From positions 12,272,933 through 12,336,932 of the forward strand of contig OZ037771.1 in NCBI GenBank assembly GCA_964035545.1: a stretch of DNA of 64,000 bases. The letters are read 5' to 3'. The notes under the pieces were generated by a model, which worked only from the letters and a program-made list of their open reading frames with translations, was not told where the DNA came from and searched no databases. The position numbers and the translations under genes were made by a program. This DNA is from Bugula neritina (lineage: Eukaryota; Animalia; Bryozoa). This document shows, piece after piece, positions 13,343 through 28,423 of the stretch; position 1 is the stretch's first letter; every line of letters starts with the position of its first letter.

Positions 13343-16300
13343 CAGTCAATGGCAGACTACATCACATATCCCTAAAAAGTAAATGGTAGTTTTTAAATTA
13401 TTGATGAAGTTGGTTAAATTCCAATTATATGATAGTGATTATGGACGCAATGATACCTATATTACATTCAACAAAGCAAAAAATAGGTACAATAATAAAA
13501 TGATGGTAATAGTGACAGAAGTAAAACAATTTGGGGTCATTTTTAAAATTATGATCAGAACGAAAACCTGATATATAACTGACAAATACAGTAGACAGTG
13601 TCATTGCGAGTGTTCATACAAAATAGGAACACATCTTCATCAAACAGCTTTTCAGTATATATTGAATGTAAATTTATTAAGTTCAACTAATCACAGTGAT
13701 CAGTCATTAATATCACATCGTGATGATTATGATTAGCGCTACCACTATTACTATTAGGTTATTAGTACCATTACTAGTATGATCAGTAATGAAGCATTGT
13801 AGCTGTGTTAATGACGACATGATTACAACAATAAACTATCAAATACTACTGATTCATAATAATCATTCACTCATCAGTCTTTGCAACCCACTAATCAGTA
13901 ACAATAACATCATCACTGATGATCATAATGATAATTGATAGGGATCAGTGTAAGTCAAAGTGTATGAGCATCATATATAATAGTATAAGCCAAAGATTCA
14001 TAATGCAGTACCATATCAGCATTGTAAGTTTGTCCATCATATTCATTGTGATTGGGTATAACATGAAGTCACCTTTAATATTATCATCAACATGAGTCAT
14101 ACTAAAACACTAACACTATTACTCTATTAGTAATGATATTTATATTACTATTACTATTAGTATTAGTAATACTAATAATAATAGTGAGTAATACTAATCG
14201 TAATACTAATACTAATAGCATAAGTCGCTATGAATATCATAGTATTACTATTAGTCTAACACTGACACTGAAGTTTATCAACTTCAACGATAAGGATATC
14301 AATTGTATTGTAATTGTTCAAGTTTAATGAATATTAATGATTTTGTTAATAATTAAAATTATGATAATATCAATTTACAAATTGGATTTAATAATAATTT
14401 TTAACCTAACTTAGTTTTACTAATACTAGTACTGTAATACTAATAGAAATTTACTTTTAATTTTACTTTTAGTTTTAGTAATAGCATTTACTAAGTCTAA
14501 TTACTATTACTGTTACTATTAGTATTAGTATTAGTATTACTATTAGTATTAGTATTACTATTAGTATTACAGTAATACTATTAGTATACTATTAGTATTA
14601 GTACTAGAATAGTAATACTAAGTACTATTATAATTAGTATTACCAATAGTAATTATATATAATTATATGAGCATTATTAATGTCACCGGACATGTTCTAA
14701 AAATGTATGATCATAAAGTAAACAAGAATAATATGGGATACTGGAGTACTTAAATTATTAACTATTAATTTTTATAATCAATGTTTTAATAACCGACTTA
14801 GGTGTAGAAGTGTACGAAATGGATTCGGTAAAGCTTATAATGAAGCGGCATATTGAACATCGTGTAGCTTAGTAGCTATTCGCACGTTAAACTTTGGTAA
14901 CATAAGTCTCGCCCTTCACACCAAAATTTAGAAAGACAACTCTCTAAAAAGTTGCTTCATGGTTGATTAATTATAGCTTTCATGATCTTTTTTGTTGTGC
15001 ACTGTTTTTTTTTCATAACCGGACTCACTTGAACTCTTTTCTGAAGAATTTATTTTTGGAAACACTTTAGGTGTTGCTGGAGGCCATCTATTCTTATGCA
15101 TATAACAGCAGAGCATTTGTGTTATCAGAATATTTGTTAGTTTATTGTTATACAAATCTCACAAATATCATTTATATTTATTATGTAGCAGAAACTTATA
15201 TGTTTTAGCTTTATTTATAAAATTATTCTTGTGTGACAGCCATTCATATGTTTTAGTATTAGTAGTGCAAGAAATATAATTCATCTTTACAACATAAACC
15301 CAAATATAACATTTCATATAGTTATGGTAGATATCAGTGGGCGTGGCTTAACATTGCAGGGGGGGCAAAGTTCTATTTGTAGTAAACACTTCTGATACTA
15401 ACACACAACATACAATACACACACACAACACACACACACATACACACAACACACAGCAAACACACACAACCACACAAGGCTTGCTCTAAATCATTTTTTG
15501 CAAGCAATTTAAACTGCACAAAGAAGTAAAGCAGCTTATTATATAGTCTTCAATAGTCTTCTTTGTGTAAACACAAATTCCATACTTTGCATTATTATTT
15601 CACCAAGTTGTTCATTGAACTGGCAAAGTTAAGCAAAAGCTAGTGTGGATGCTCACCTGCTTAATTCAATACTCATTTCTATACTACATACCAATATATA
15701 TTCCTTAACTAGGCTATAATAATATGCACAATAATATAACTGATACAATAATATATAATACATCTTGTTCATGTTGCTATATACACTCGGTAAAAGCACT
15801 AATAACTCAATAAAAGCCAAGTATCATATACAAGTTATCCATGAGGGTCTAAAGCTTGACTATACAAGTTAATTATTATAATATTCTCTCACTATAATGA
15901 ATGTCACATTAACAGAAATATATAAAACAAGTTTTTAAAATACTGTGATGAAAAGACAGCATCAGCTATTAGATGCATATAATTGTGCAGATTTCATCCT
16001 TAGAATATATTCACAGACATAATTCTATTTTGTTGCAAGAGTTATGTGTATAATTTAAACAACAAATTCAATACTCATAAACTAAATATAATATTATCAC
16101 AAACAAGAAAATTTGTGGCATATAATAAATTTTTTTCAACTATTTTTAGCCGATATTTAACAAAATCCCTTTTCCATCAAGAGTTTCTCACAAAAAGCCC
16201 AGCTATAAAGTTTAGTGAACATTTTATAGTAGTTTAATCACTGTTGTTTTAACAGTAACAAAGTTTTAACCACTGCATACACAGCACAGCTAACAATCTT

Positions 16301-17419
16301 ACTAATAACCTCTCCTATAGGTCGTGGGACAAGCAAAGGAGAAAGACTAGGTTTGTAGAGAGAATCATGGCTCGGTTTTGATCAAGGTGATTGAATAAGT
16401 TGTCAACTTATAGCTGACTAATTTTATTGTGACAGCAATGTAGATGACTCTCATCAAGTTACATGGAAAGCTGACACAAGAGTATATGGCTTTATGGCTT
16501 TCATAGTATACTTCTCTGTAACTCTTTTCAGTAAAAACTTCTATGCACTGCGTGTGCTTTGTGTTATATAGGAACTTCTTTACCTGCTCTAACTTATTTT
16601 ACTGCTATAATACTAGTAGGTATTTAAACTGTGTGAAAGAATAACACAAATAGTTCACTTTGTATGTGTACATTTAGCAGTGCTATTGTTAGCTCTAACC
16701 AATACAATTTTCTCACAAAGAGAACAAAATGCAGCATTACTTCTTAATTAAAATTTATTAAGAATTACTTCTGCTTCCAAAGAGCTCTTTAGTTGAACTG
16801 GTAAATCTAAACAATGCTGTAAAAATATACACAATGGCTGAGCACAAAGATTATTTTCAATATTTGAGCCGGCAAATCTAAACAACACCCTAAAATTTCT
16901 ATTAACTGTTGTGTATGTTGCTATGCACTCAGTAAATGCATTAGTATTTCAATTATATGTTTTTGTTACAGTAGCATAGTAACAGGAGGAGTAACAGATC
17001 AACAGGCAATTGACTTTTACTTCAACATTGCAGTTCGAGGTTGCAGGATCATTTAGGTGTAAAAACTACAACAGCAACTAGCAAATGGTAGCTGGCTATC
17101 AGCAAAGGGCAACTGGCAATTAGCTAGCGCAGGTGAAAACTAGCAATCAACAGGTCCTACTAATCATGTCAAGTAAGTTTCAAGGTTTTATATATTAATA
17201 ACTCTATATAAGCTTTTATTTATAGTTTACTTCTAGTGAACCTGTTTCACAGTCACTAATAGCTACACAAAGTTATGCATTGTATAAATACAAGTATAAT
17301 ACAAAATGTGATCAACATATCACATGCATTAAATGTAACTGAGCTGGCATATAGCCACTGATTCTAATGGTTCTGAGAAATAGGCTTAGAAGTGCATAGT
17401 TTGGTGAGCTTCGGAGTTG

Positions 17420-17900
17420 TCTATTAGAATGTATTACAGTATATTACAGTGTATTGCAGTGTATAACAATGTATTATTGTATATTTCAGTATATTTCAGT
17501 ATATTACTGTTTATTACAGTTTATTACAGTATATTACAGTTTATTGCATTTTATTGCAGTTCATTGCAGTGTTTCATAGTATATTTCAGTATATTTCAGT
17601 AAATTAAAGTATAAATTACAGTTTATTACAGTGTATTACACTTTATTACAGTTTATTACATTATATCGCCATGTCTTACAGAATTTTACTGTATGTTACA
17701 TTGTCTGACAATTTTTTACAGTGTATTACACTATAACATGGTATATTGCAGTGTATTATAGTGTATTGCAGTATTGCAGTATATTTTAGTATATTACAGT
17801 CTGTTAAGTATATTACAGTGTATAATTACAATGTAGTACAGTATTATAGATCGGTATATTGCAATTTATTACAGTATTTTTCAGTATATCACTGTACTAT
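17420..17900. repeat. Degenerate ~10-bp minisatellite (TATTACAGTN)
   Basis: Dozens of tattacagt/tattgcagt/tatttcagt units in tandem. Confidence 0.85.
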
Positions 17901-17941
17901 TATTTAACCTGGCGCAATAAAATTCTTTACCCTATATTATG

Positions 17942-20900
17942 CAGTATATATTTTCCTAGAATGTTGTTTAGAGACATAAAAAAACTGCCTATGCACAACA
18001 TACTTTGCATCTGTTTAGTATCTCGTAATTAGACAAAAAAAAATCAAAGCCAATTATAAGGCAAAAGACCATAATACTGTACTATCATTGGATAGTTCTT
18101 CATCAATAAACAGGTAGTCGCCAGTGGTGGATATGAACCCCTCCTAGATGTTTCTCGTACTTCTTCCTCAAAAAACATTTTCATTAAGCCAAAAGGAAAT
18201 AACAATACACCTTTTTAGTTGACACTTTTTAATTTCTGACTGATATTTCACCTTATTTCCAATTATAATTACCTTTTAACCGGCACTTTTCTTTGTAGTA
18301 ATTCCTACCCTTTAGACTGTGTACTTTGAAATGAGTCTGTTTTACTCGTTACATAAAGTATAGTTGCACTGGCTACAGGTTGACACAAAAGCAAGCCTAT
18401 CTTGATAAAATCATGCGCAAATGTAGAAACTACCGAGGAGTTTGTTCCTCATAATTAGAAATTGACAAATTATTTTTAATCCGTTTAAAAGCATCTGGTT
18501 AGGGAAGCATATGCCGTGTTCAATTTGTTATTCTAGCATTAACAATAACAGAATGCAATAATTATAAGTTTATGAAAGTAATTTGTTTTCTTTCTAATTA
18601 CAAATATAATATTTTAGTATATATTGTAAATTTATAAGGCTTGCATTAGGAATAACGCAGCTAAAACATCATTTTCCTTAAAGTCTTAAAAATATATAAG
18701 TATAACATAATACACTATGCCAATAAACTTATTAAAGTACCAAGCAAGCTTAGCTAGTTTAAGAAAAATTACACTAGGTAAATTCCCATTATTTATAGAA
18801 TGCTTGCTGATATTAGCTTTTGATGTAATTAAAGTAAATTATTATTTATCTTTCTAGCTAAGGATTTCTTGCCGTAAGTTTTGCTTTTATGCATGGAGAA
18901 ATGTCGTAACAAACGAGTTAAATTTTTATAGCACATAAAAATGTAATCTATAAGTCGAAGATATTTAAACTTAGCCATTAACTCATTTTAATTAGCAATG
19001 TAGCCTAAATCTAATACAATACAAAATATATACCAGTATATATAATATATTTTTACCATGCTGTTAATTACAGTATTTGTAAAACAAATTTTATGCTCAT
19101 TAATTAAATGCAACAAATATTTATAAAATACTAATAATGTTGAATAAATAAATTCAATAATTCCTTTTCTATTTAAATGGCTGCATAATTTCTTGCAAGG
19201 TTGTATAAAGGAGTTGTGGCCTACAACTTATTATGTGTTCAATTGCCACATATGTCTTAGGAAGAAGAAAACTCCCCAAAAATTCTTGGTTTGAAAATTC
19301 TAGTATAATTAAAATCACTTAATATATGTCTTTGAAATGCATTTTGCCACTCTGCAAAATTGCAGGAACAAATATTGCATGAAGTAATAAATGATTTATG
19401 AAGTAATTAACAAACCAATGTAAAAACTGTTGTTGTATATAGAACACAACATATTGATTTTCTTCAATTTCCACATCAAATCTATATATTCAATTATATC
19501 TAACCAATGCTAATAAACTAAACATGCATGCATACAAATATTTGCATCATATGCAAATAATATTAGCTAATTAGCAACTATAGCATTTTTTTCATTATCT
19601 TTATTGCTTGCATATGTCTAAGTATTATTAAAATAAGGTTTTTATTTGCAACTTTGCACCACAAATTACATAAAATCTAAAAGTTTGAGTTGTGACATGC
19701 ATTAGGGCTACCTATACACAAATAGACCTTCATAAAACTCTCAATGATTTTATTCAACTCATGTATGCAAAAGTTTTGCATTAAAACAATTCTTCTAAAT
19801 CACCCTAGAGCAGGAAATTATTACAAAAACAGCTTCTCATATATAATCTTTCTCCAGATTAATTTTTTTTCCTGTATTTAAACTAACTTAGCAAGTGAAG
19901 ATTGTGATATCACTCAGGTAATCACATATATATTATTCATAGCTGTAATACTTTAGCAATGAATAGATCATGTTTAATTTCCACTCTATACCTAGCAGTT
20001 TTTCAGAATTATAGAGCTATGTATATCGTGAAATTGGAATAGCCTAATAGTTTTACATGTGTTTATAGCTAGACAAATTAACTTAAAAAGCTTACAATAA
20101 TTAGATGATATTTGCATTCTTTTGAAGGTTATGGTGAAGCTACTGCAAAACTGGCCATTAGTTTAGCATAATATGCAATGCCACGCAAAAGCATGCCAAA
20201 CGAGCAATGTTTATTTACCTTACCAGTGCAATTTTATCACCTTAAACACAAAAGCAAGTATAAAATACACATCCATATTAGATTAACTGTCAAGTTAAAA
20301 AAGACAACATATATTCATGAGCTGGTTCTGTTTGCACAAGTACAATTTAGACCAGCTTATTATTTAGATTGCCACAAAAATATGACATAAAATATGTCTT
20401 TAATCATTATTTTGATATTCACTGGTTGAAGATATTTTTTATATCCTAATATGTAAATATTGTACATAAATCTTAAAAATTAACTAGGTGAATAAGGAAA
20501 ACTGCTAATTTTATGAAACTGTTATGTTAATAAAGACAATGGCTATCAACAAATCCCACCAGACCACAAACTAATTGTAAATACTAAAACAATTATATAG
20601 TGCTATGTGTTGATCTAGCCTAGTCAATACACCACAAATATGTATTATGACATACCACATTTTAAGTACTGGGTTACCATTTATTCTAATGGGTATTTGT
20701 TTAAACTGTTATATACAGCTTTTTGCACTACCAATATACAAGCCAGTTGTTATTCTGTCACTTTTTATCTACATCTCTTTTTAATGCCAGTTACTTGTTA
20801 GCTTCAGTACAAACAGCTAAACATTCTACTCTACAGCCAATCTTACTGTTAACTCTTGTTTAACAATATTACAAGAATCTAAAAATTTGAGTGTGTTTTA

Positions 20901-21112
20901 AGTATAATATTCTATCATTATAACTTTTAAATGAAACAATAATATGATAAATGCATTATAACTTTCTGAAAAGTTTTTTTGCAAAGTATATGTTTTTGGA
21001 AAATAGTTTTACAACATTTGCTAGGAGCATTATATTTATTCCTATCTAAAATAATTTTGTTTGAACTGCTATGTTTGTAATCATGTAATCAGAAGTAAAG
21101 CATCAGTAAAAT
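17942..21112 (+). repeat. Left arm (~3.17 kb) of a large inverted duplication
   Basis: Reverse complement of 37665-40235 joined to 48861-49628, nearly identical (scattered SNPs and small indels). Ends: cagtatatattttcctag at 17942 vs ctaggaaaatatatactg at 49628; catcagtaaaat at 21112 vs attttactgatg at 37665. Confidence 0.95.
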
Positions 21113-23002
21113 GAGTATAAGTAGAAGCTTGACAGCTACATTAGGCATTGCTACATAGTACATAAATATATGGCCGTATTAAATACTTAGCTGCATTCAC
21201 AGATAAATGCATGGCTTGGAATTACAATACCATGAATACATTATTTATTTAGCTGGGTAACTATACAATTATGCCAAAGTGAAAAGCTTTTGGTTATTAA
21301 TGCCTGAAATGTCTAACAATCTACTTGGGAGACCACCTTGTTGTTACAGAGTGAATGAGTTATTTGTTTGGCATTTGGATGATGGCACAAAGAAAGGCTA
21401 TTTGGTTTGTTACTTGAGACTAGTAGCAAACTGCTACAGTCATAGCATCTTAGAAGATTTTGCATCACTTGCTAGAATTGTACATTATTTTAATGTAGCT
21501 ATTGAAATTAATATCGCACTGAAAACACAGTATTGCAAAATCTTAAGCTGTACATAATTATATTATGCATCAAAAAGTACTTCTGCTATTCGACTATCCA
21601 AGGTTTATTTTAAACTAGCACTGCCAAAGTGCCTTGACTCTATTACAGTGTTTACTAGCTAATTTTGTTCTTCTCAACAGTGAAATAGATCTATTGCAAG
21701 AAATTAATGACTAGATATAACAATAAGGATTTTTAGGCAAGACTTTCGCATCTATATTGCTCATCTGCTAGCTTGAAATACCCCTCTCCTTGGACTAATC
21801 TCAGGCTTTTCATTGTTGTTTAAACAGTTTTTAAACTCCTATTTCAATAAATCATTACCAACACTGCCTGCATGTATTAATATTCATTAGTGCCATCAAT
21901 GCACTGTGGAGACAGCACCTGATGTTCTGTATATTACATTATAGTACAGAGATACTAAATCCAAAACATCTAAAATAATTGATGCTTCTACCAGATTTTT
22001 AGCACACCTATAATATGTATTTCTGTAGTAAATATTAATAAGATGTTTTAACTGATAGTTTTTATGCCATTATAATAGTTTGATACTATAACTACAACTT
22101 GAAACTCTTTAACCAGCACATTGGTTAGTAATATTGCTTCTTGATATTTAATTGCTGGTTCACAAACTATCAATAATAGGGATGCATATCAAAACTTGAC
22201 TGCATTCATAATATGATTTTAATGCTAGGTAATGACTAAGCATGTCTGGCTGATATGAGGTGACTATTTTGTACACTGTTTAACAACATCAGCTTTTTGG
22301 GTTCATTTAAAGCATCTGCAAATCTGTATTATACATAATTACTGTTAGGGCCAATTAATTGAATTGTTAACCCTGAAATGCTTTTTACACTGTAATACTA
22401 AGTAGTAAAAGATATGTATATATATATATAAACTGATTGTAATTTATACATAACATAGTACATTTAAAAAAATCACAAAATACATAATTTATTAGCTAAA
22501 TTTCAAGGCGTTTTGTAGGTAGTGGGTTAATGTCAATAAAGTAGAATCCGGGAAGTTGAGTAGCTTTATTCAAGAGGAAGGCTCTCCAACAGTTCTACCA
22601 AAGCCTAAATAACATGTATAAAATAAAGGTTATATGCACAATTTTTTTTCCAAAACAGCCTGCAACTGTTTTGCTATTGCATATGCCCTATGCCATTCAT
22701 CAAGTAGAACAATTTTAACCAGGATATCTAGAAAAGTTGACACAAGGGCTTTATAAACTATGTAACAGTAAAACTGTGAGTAGAAATTAATTGACACTAA
22801 TGAATAATGCTTTAGGTGCTGGCAACAACCATAAAAGAAAAGTTATATAACAAACAAATAGAAAAAGCACTAAACAAATCAACAGCATTATATACAATTG
22901 GGGCACATACATGAAAACAGCAGCTAGTGTCATTTTCTTAAGACAGCACTATTTTAGGTATAAATTTAAGAAGTATTAGAAAATGCAGAAATTTACTGCA
23001 AT

Positions 23003-23402
23003 TGGTTCATTTTATTTAAGTTAGTACATACTGAAGATCTCAAGTTTTTGCTAATGAACATGAGTTTTGGCCCGAAACTAAAAAATATCAATAAATACAC
23101 CTAAATAATCAAGGCTCTTTTTAATTTTCTTTGATTTCCTATGCTTTTTTTCTAATTACAGCAACTTCTGACTGGGGATCGCCACGGTTAGTTTGTAACA
23201 GTAGGCAATCCAAATGAAATGAATAAATAGGAAAAAACATGAGAAAACATGCAAAAATTAAGAAGAACCTTGATTATTTAGGTGTATTTCTTGATGTCTC
23301 ACTGATTCTAAGCAAAAAGCATTGTTCATTAGCAGCTAAAATGTAAAAATGGCTAAAAACTGCAGATTTCCAGTGTGTACTAAATTAAATAAAAGGACTC
23401 AA
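23003..23402. mobile_element. Foldback MITE with long imperfect TIRs
   Basis: ttggttcattttatttaagttagtacatactg vs cagtgtgtactaaattaaataaaaggactcaa; inner aaatacacctaaataatcaagg vs ccttgattatttaggtgtattt; related fragment at 7342. Confidence 0.7.
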
Positions 23403-25469
23403 TCACCTTTGCAACATAATTCAATAATTGCATGGTCAAGCAGAATAAACTACAATTAACAGCAACAACAGTGTAATAGTTGCGTAGAAAATTTGTACTG
23501 CAAAAAACTAAAAGAATGCAAAATCTATAAATGTGTGCTACCAAGTAAATGCTGAACAGACATCATGAAATAGTGTACGAAATACAAACTATTAAACTTA
23601 CCTGTTGATCTAATGCAGCCAAAACCTTAAGCTTAGAGTAGTGGAATGGTGCTGTTCGATGTTGATATGCTACAAGTAGCTAAGATGACTCAAATTCTTG
23701 CCTTTAGGAGTAAGAGGCCTCAGCTCAGTTTCAACAAAACTTCCAATAATCTCAACGGATGCGCTCAATTAGGAGCCACAACAAAGCACACCCATGTCAT
23801 TTTAGTAAACTCTAAAAAATGAACGGAAATAAAACTGTTAGAGAGTAAACAGAGAAACATATAGTGATGGGGGAAAAACCTGTCAGCAAAGGTTATATAC
23901 ACTCATAGTCATAACACGAAGAAAAAGATAATGAATAACAAGCTATTCAAGATGACACAAGAAACCAAACAAATTTCTTTGACTAAAAAATATAATTAAA
24001 TACTATATTACTTGGCAAAAAATATTTGTTTTGAACAACGTATTATTGGGAAGAATTGCCAGTGTCTTAAATTTTGAGATTAAAGTTTCTGCCTTATAGC
24101 GGAAATAGAGAGGCAATCAATAGTGTACAAAACATGTTTTCAGTCATTGGCTGTTGACTAAATTGACAAAGTTAAAGAAAGCTTCCATATCATTATTTAT
24201 TTTGTTCTCAAGTGTGTGGTTACAGTTTCATGAGTCAGAAATATTATTATTTGAGATATGAAATCAAATGTAGTCAAAAGAGTGTCATACAATTTAAAAT
24301 GTAGTAATAGAGCTTTGACAATAATTTCTTCTGCTAAGTAAAACAGGTACCATTATGTGCTACTTATCTTTTAGAGATGAACATCAAGGATGTTGAAAAC
24401 AAAATAGTTGTAAATTACAGCAAATACCTTTCTACTTACCTAACCAGAGAAAATAAGTTTTCAACCTTGCATGCACTCAGCTGGTTTTCAATGTTTGGAT
24501 CAGTGACATCTTTATAACTGATAGCAGCATTATGTGATAGCTTTAGGAATTGTTACCTTAAATCTAAATTATATAGAACAAGAAGTGCAAAAATATGGCA
24601 TTAGTACTCATTGCACAATACACACTTGCTAGAGTAGCTAATCTAGCATCACATTAATTTAAGAAAGACAAAATTTTATTACTGTTCACAAATGATGAAT
24701 ATTAAAATTTGAATAATTAGACAAATTAACAATGATATTGATGTTACTTCAAACATTACTAATGGTAAACACCAAAATACTAATAGGAATAGTCATGTTA
24801 ACATCAATTAGAAAAGTAAAGATAATTTGAAAATGAGACAGTTTACAGGTCTAACTCTTATAGTTGACAAGCAATTACAGGGCAGTCATATTGATGTAGG
24901 CTACCCTCAAAATGTAGCACTTTAAAAATATTAAAAAGACAGCACATATAAGAACATAATCTTAAAAATAGGCATATGTGACACCTATATTTTGATTAAC
25001 AAAGAAATCTTCTTTACTTTATTAATCTAACTCATATAATGGTATTCTGTCTTAGTATGTTATTTTAATACTTGAAATCTAATCAGCTACAGAAAAGTAC
25101 TTCAATTTAAAGGCCTTCATAATTATTCTTTAGTTTGCTATTTAAATAGACAGTAAGGTTGATGAATAAAATAAAAGTTAGTAAAGTAAAAGCTAAATAA
25201 ATTGAGAATAATATCTCCACTCTAAGGTTATAATCCTTATAAATTAACATTTTAATACTCCTGTTATCCTTAGGTATAGTTGTTAGCAATTTAACTATGA
25301 GCTCGAAGCCAAATGTCAGTATCAGCATCCCCATTACATTGACTAAGACTGACTTTATAACCCTCAAGCTGTGGCACTCAATTTCTATAAGTAGTAACTA
25401 ATAACAAATATAAAATTATTTATTTGCTACTGATAGTGATAATAATAATAATTAAAAATAATAATATGA

Positions 25470-28423
25470 TCCATTAAAATAGAACTAATAAAGCCAACGA
25501 CGTTAATGGTATGTCTAACTAAACATGGCATGTCTCGTCTGGCAGTGGGTATGTGGAGGGCCAGGCAACCTACGGCCGTCAACCCGTTAATGGCACAACT
25601 AAAAGAAGATACTCAAGAGAAGACAACAAAGTTGTCATGAAATGCTGCTTCAAAAGTACACCCAAATTGAGAGGTTATAGAAAAACAATGTATGAGCTCT
25701 GTAGACCCGGATCAAAGAATTATTTAAAAAGAATGTGCAAACGCTGGAAAACAGAGGAGAGTTTAACATCAGCGAATAGAGACTAGCGGATTAGGCAAGA
25801 ACTATGAAGAAACACAAGCATCTTATGGAAGAAGAACTCCATAAGATTGAAGAAGGAACCTTGCAAGAACTAGGCACATCAATTGGTGAAGAAGATAATG
25901 AAGAGCTAAATTTGCAAATAGAGGATGTTATAGTACAACATGAGATAGCATATAAATCAGCCATGAGAATTTTAAGAGCACCTAGTTCAGAGGTAGAAAA
26001 AGTGTTAATAGAAAAATTATGAATGAGCATAACAAACTATCTAATGATCGACCAACACTAAGAGCCCTTAGGCACATTGAGAGGGTCAAATTACTACAGG
26101 CAGTAAAACAGATTAATGATGTGCTAAACTGTGTTGAGATTATTAATACCATTGAGCTTAATAACACCACCATGGCTTGTGCGAAAAATAGTAACAGAAC
26201 AAGTGTGTAACAAAAAGGAAAAAGAAAAACTGACAATGTACAAGTATGGAAAATACGACTGCAGAAGAAATAAAAAGAAATTAGATCAGACTTAAGTAAA
26301 ATAGCAGAATGAAAAAGTAGAGCTTACAATGATTCATTGAGAAGAATGGTTGAAGAAAAATATAGGATAAAGAACAAAGAGTGTGGTGTAGTGATTGAAA
26401 AACTGAAGCAAAACCTGAGAGCTGTAAGCCAGAAGATAAACAGATATACAGAATGAGTTGATCAATATAATCAGAACACAATGTTTACAATGATAAGCGC
26501 TTTTATCAAGAATTACGAGGAAATGAATGTACATCTAAAGAGGCACCTGACAAGGAAATCAAAAGCATTCTGATAAAATATATGGGGTCAGCCAACTAAA
26601 AATAATACCAATGCAGAATGACTAAATAAAGTTAGCAACAAATTGGAGCATATGTAAAGACAAGGAAATTAGATCTTAGAAACGATGCAAACAACTGGAA
26701 TAGCAATTAATGTCATAAGGTTGATAAGAAAAAGCATGAAACCTGGAAAACACAACTGAAGTACCTGGAAGAAAAGATAGGAGAAATAAAGATCAAACTA
26801 AGAATTTTCCAAGGAGACTCTTTATCTCTATCCCTTTTCTCCAACTACCGATTCGCATGACAGAAGCGGCTCAATGATGCAAATTTCGACGAGACAGAAA
26901 ACAAACCATCTCCTATATGTGGATGACCTGAAGGTAAATAGGAAATCAAAGTCAGAACTGGAAGCTTTGGTAAACACTGCCGGGATCTTCACAAGGAATA
27001 TAGAAATGAAATTTGGATTAAAAAATGTGCCACACTGGTTATGAGAAAGGGAAAGAAAATCAAGGACACAGGAATCAGTTTGCCTGATGAACAGGTAATC
27101 AAAGATCTGGGTGAGAAGCCGTATAAATATCTAGGAGTTCTTGAGATTGATAGAATACAAATATATGAAATGAAAAATAAGATCAGGGAGTACTACAAAC
27201 AAATAAGAAAAGTTCTAGATTCAAAACTGAATGGTGAGAACACAATCAAAGCAATAAACACATGGGCAGTAACAGCAGTGCATTACACAGCTAGAATACT
27301 TGACTGAACTGTTTCGTGAGCTAAAAAATATGGACTGAAAGACAAGGAAGCTAATGACAACAAACCGTGCACCCTATCCGAGAGCAGATGTAGGCAGGCT
27401 GTATTTTAGCAGAAGAGAAGGCGGTAGAAGAATGTTGTCAACTGAAAAATGCATAAAGATTGAAAACTGCAGCATGTCAGACTACATAAATATAACATAG
27501 ACTGATAGAAACACCACACTGAATACCTTCCTAAAAGACAGAACAGCGGTAGAACTAAATAATGATAAAGTGATAGAAAGAACTGATGAGTGTAAAGAAA
27601 AGCTTCACGTGGTCAATACATCAAAATGGTGGAAGACATGAAAGCATTTTCCTGGAACTGGTTGAAGTATGGTTGGCTGAAAAAGGAAACAGAAGGACTG
27701 CTGACAGCTGCGCAAAATCAACTATTCACTACTAGAAATTATAAAGTGGCTATGATGAGAGAACAGGGTAGCAAGAAGTGTGGAATGTGTAACGCAAGAG
27801 ACAAAACTTCGATGCACGTATTGAGTGAGTTTGAGAAGGTAGCAGAAGGAGAATATAAGAAAAAACACAACCTTTTGGCATTGATAATTTCAATAGTAGT
27901 TGTGTGAACTTCGTGGGTTTCAGAAAAGTAAGAATTGGTACGGCCATCAAGCAGAATAAGTACTGGAAAATGATAATGTGAAAACCTTGTAAGATTTTAA
28001 CATACACACTGACGTAGTCATCAAAGTTAGGAGACCCGATATATTAGTAGTTGACAAGCATAATGCTGAAACAACGATAATTGATATCACAGTCCCTGTT
28101 AACTACAGAGTAAAAGAAAAAAATTCGAAAAGTTAGGAAAATATCAGAATTTAGCACTAGAATAAACCCGCCTTTGGAAAACATCAAAAAAGTCATCCCG
28201 TTGTAACTGGAGCCTTTGGAGCTTTATACAAGATTGTAGACTGGCTGACACTACTTGGAGTAGCTGAAAACAAATGCTCATTAATTCAACAGACACCCTT
28301 ACTAGGATCAGGATAAGCTCACATCCTGAGGAAAGTTCTATCCATTTCAGCCTAGTATAACTAGGCCAATGGTAAAAGGTTACACCAGCTAAAAAACTAC
28401 GGTCAATCAACAATAATAATAAT
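25470..28423 (+). mobile_element. Decayed non-LTR retrotransposon with restriction-like endonuclease (R4/Dong-like)
   Basis: Frameshifted remnants in order: IFQGDSLS (~26805), NHLLYVDDLK (~26906), YKYLG, KLNGENTIKAINTWAV, LKKETEGLLTAAQ, CxxC..H knuckle, RPDILVVDK..IIDITVP (PD-D endonuclease, ~28030-28100). 3' (AAT)n tail at 28412-28423; TAA repeats at the 5' flank. 5' boundary approximate. Confidence 0.85.

Noticed and set aside
23602-23811. Possible non-coding 5' exon of TMTC3 (minus strand AG...GTAAG)
   Set aside because: Splice signals alone are insufficient, although TMTC3 probably has an upstream exon (acceptor at 13373-13372).
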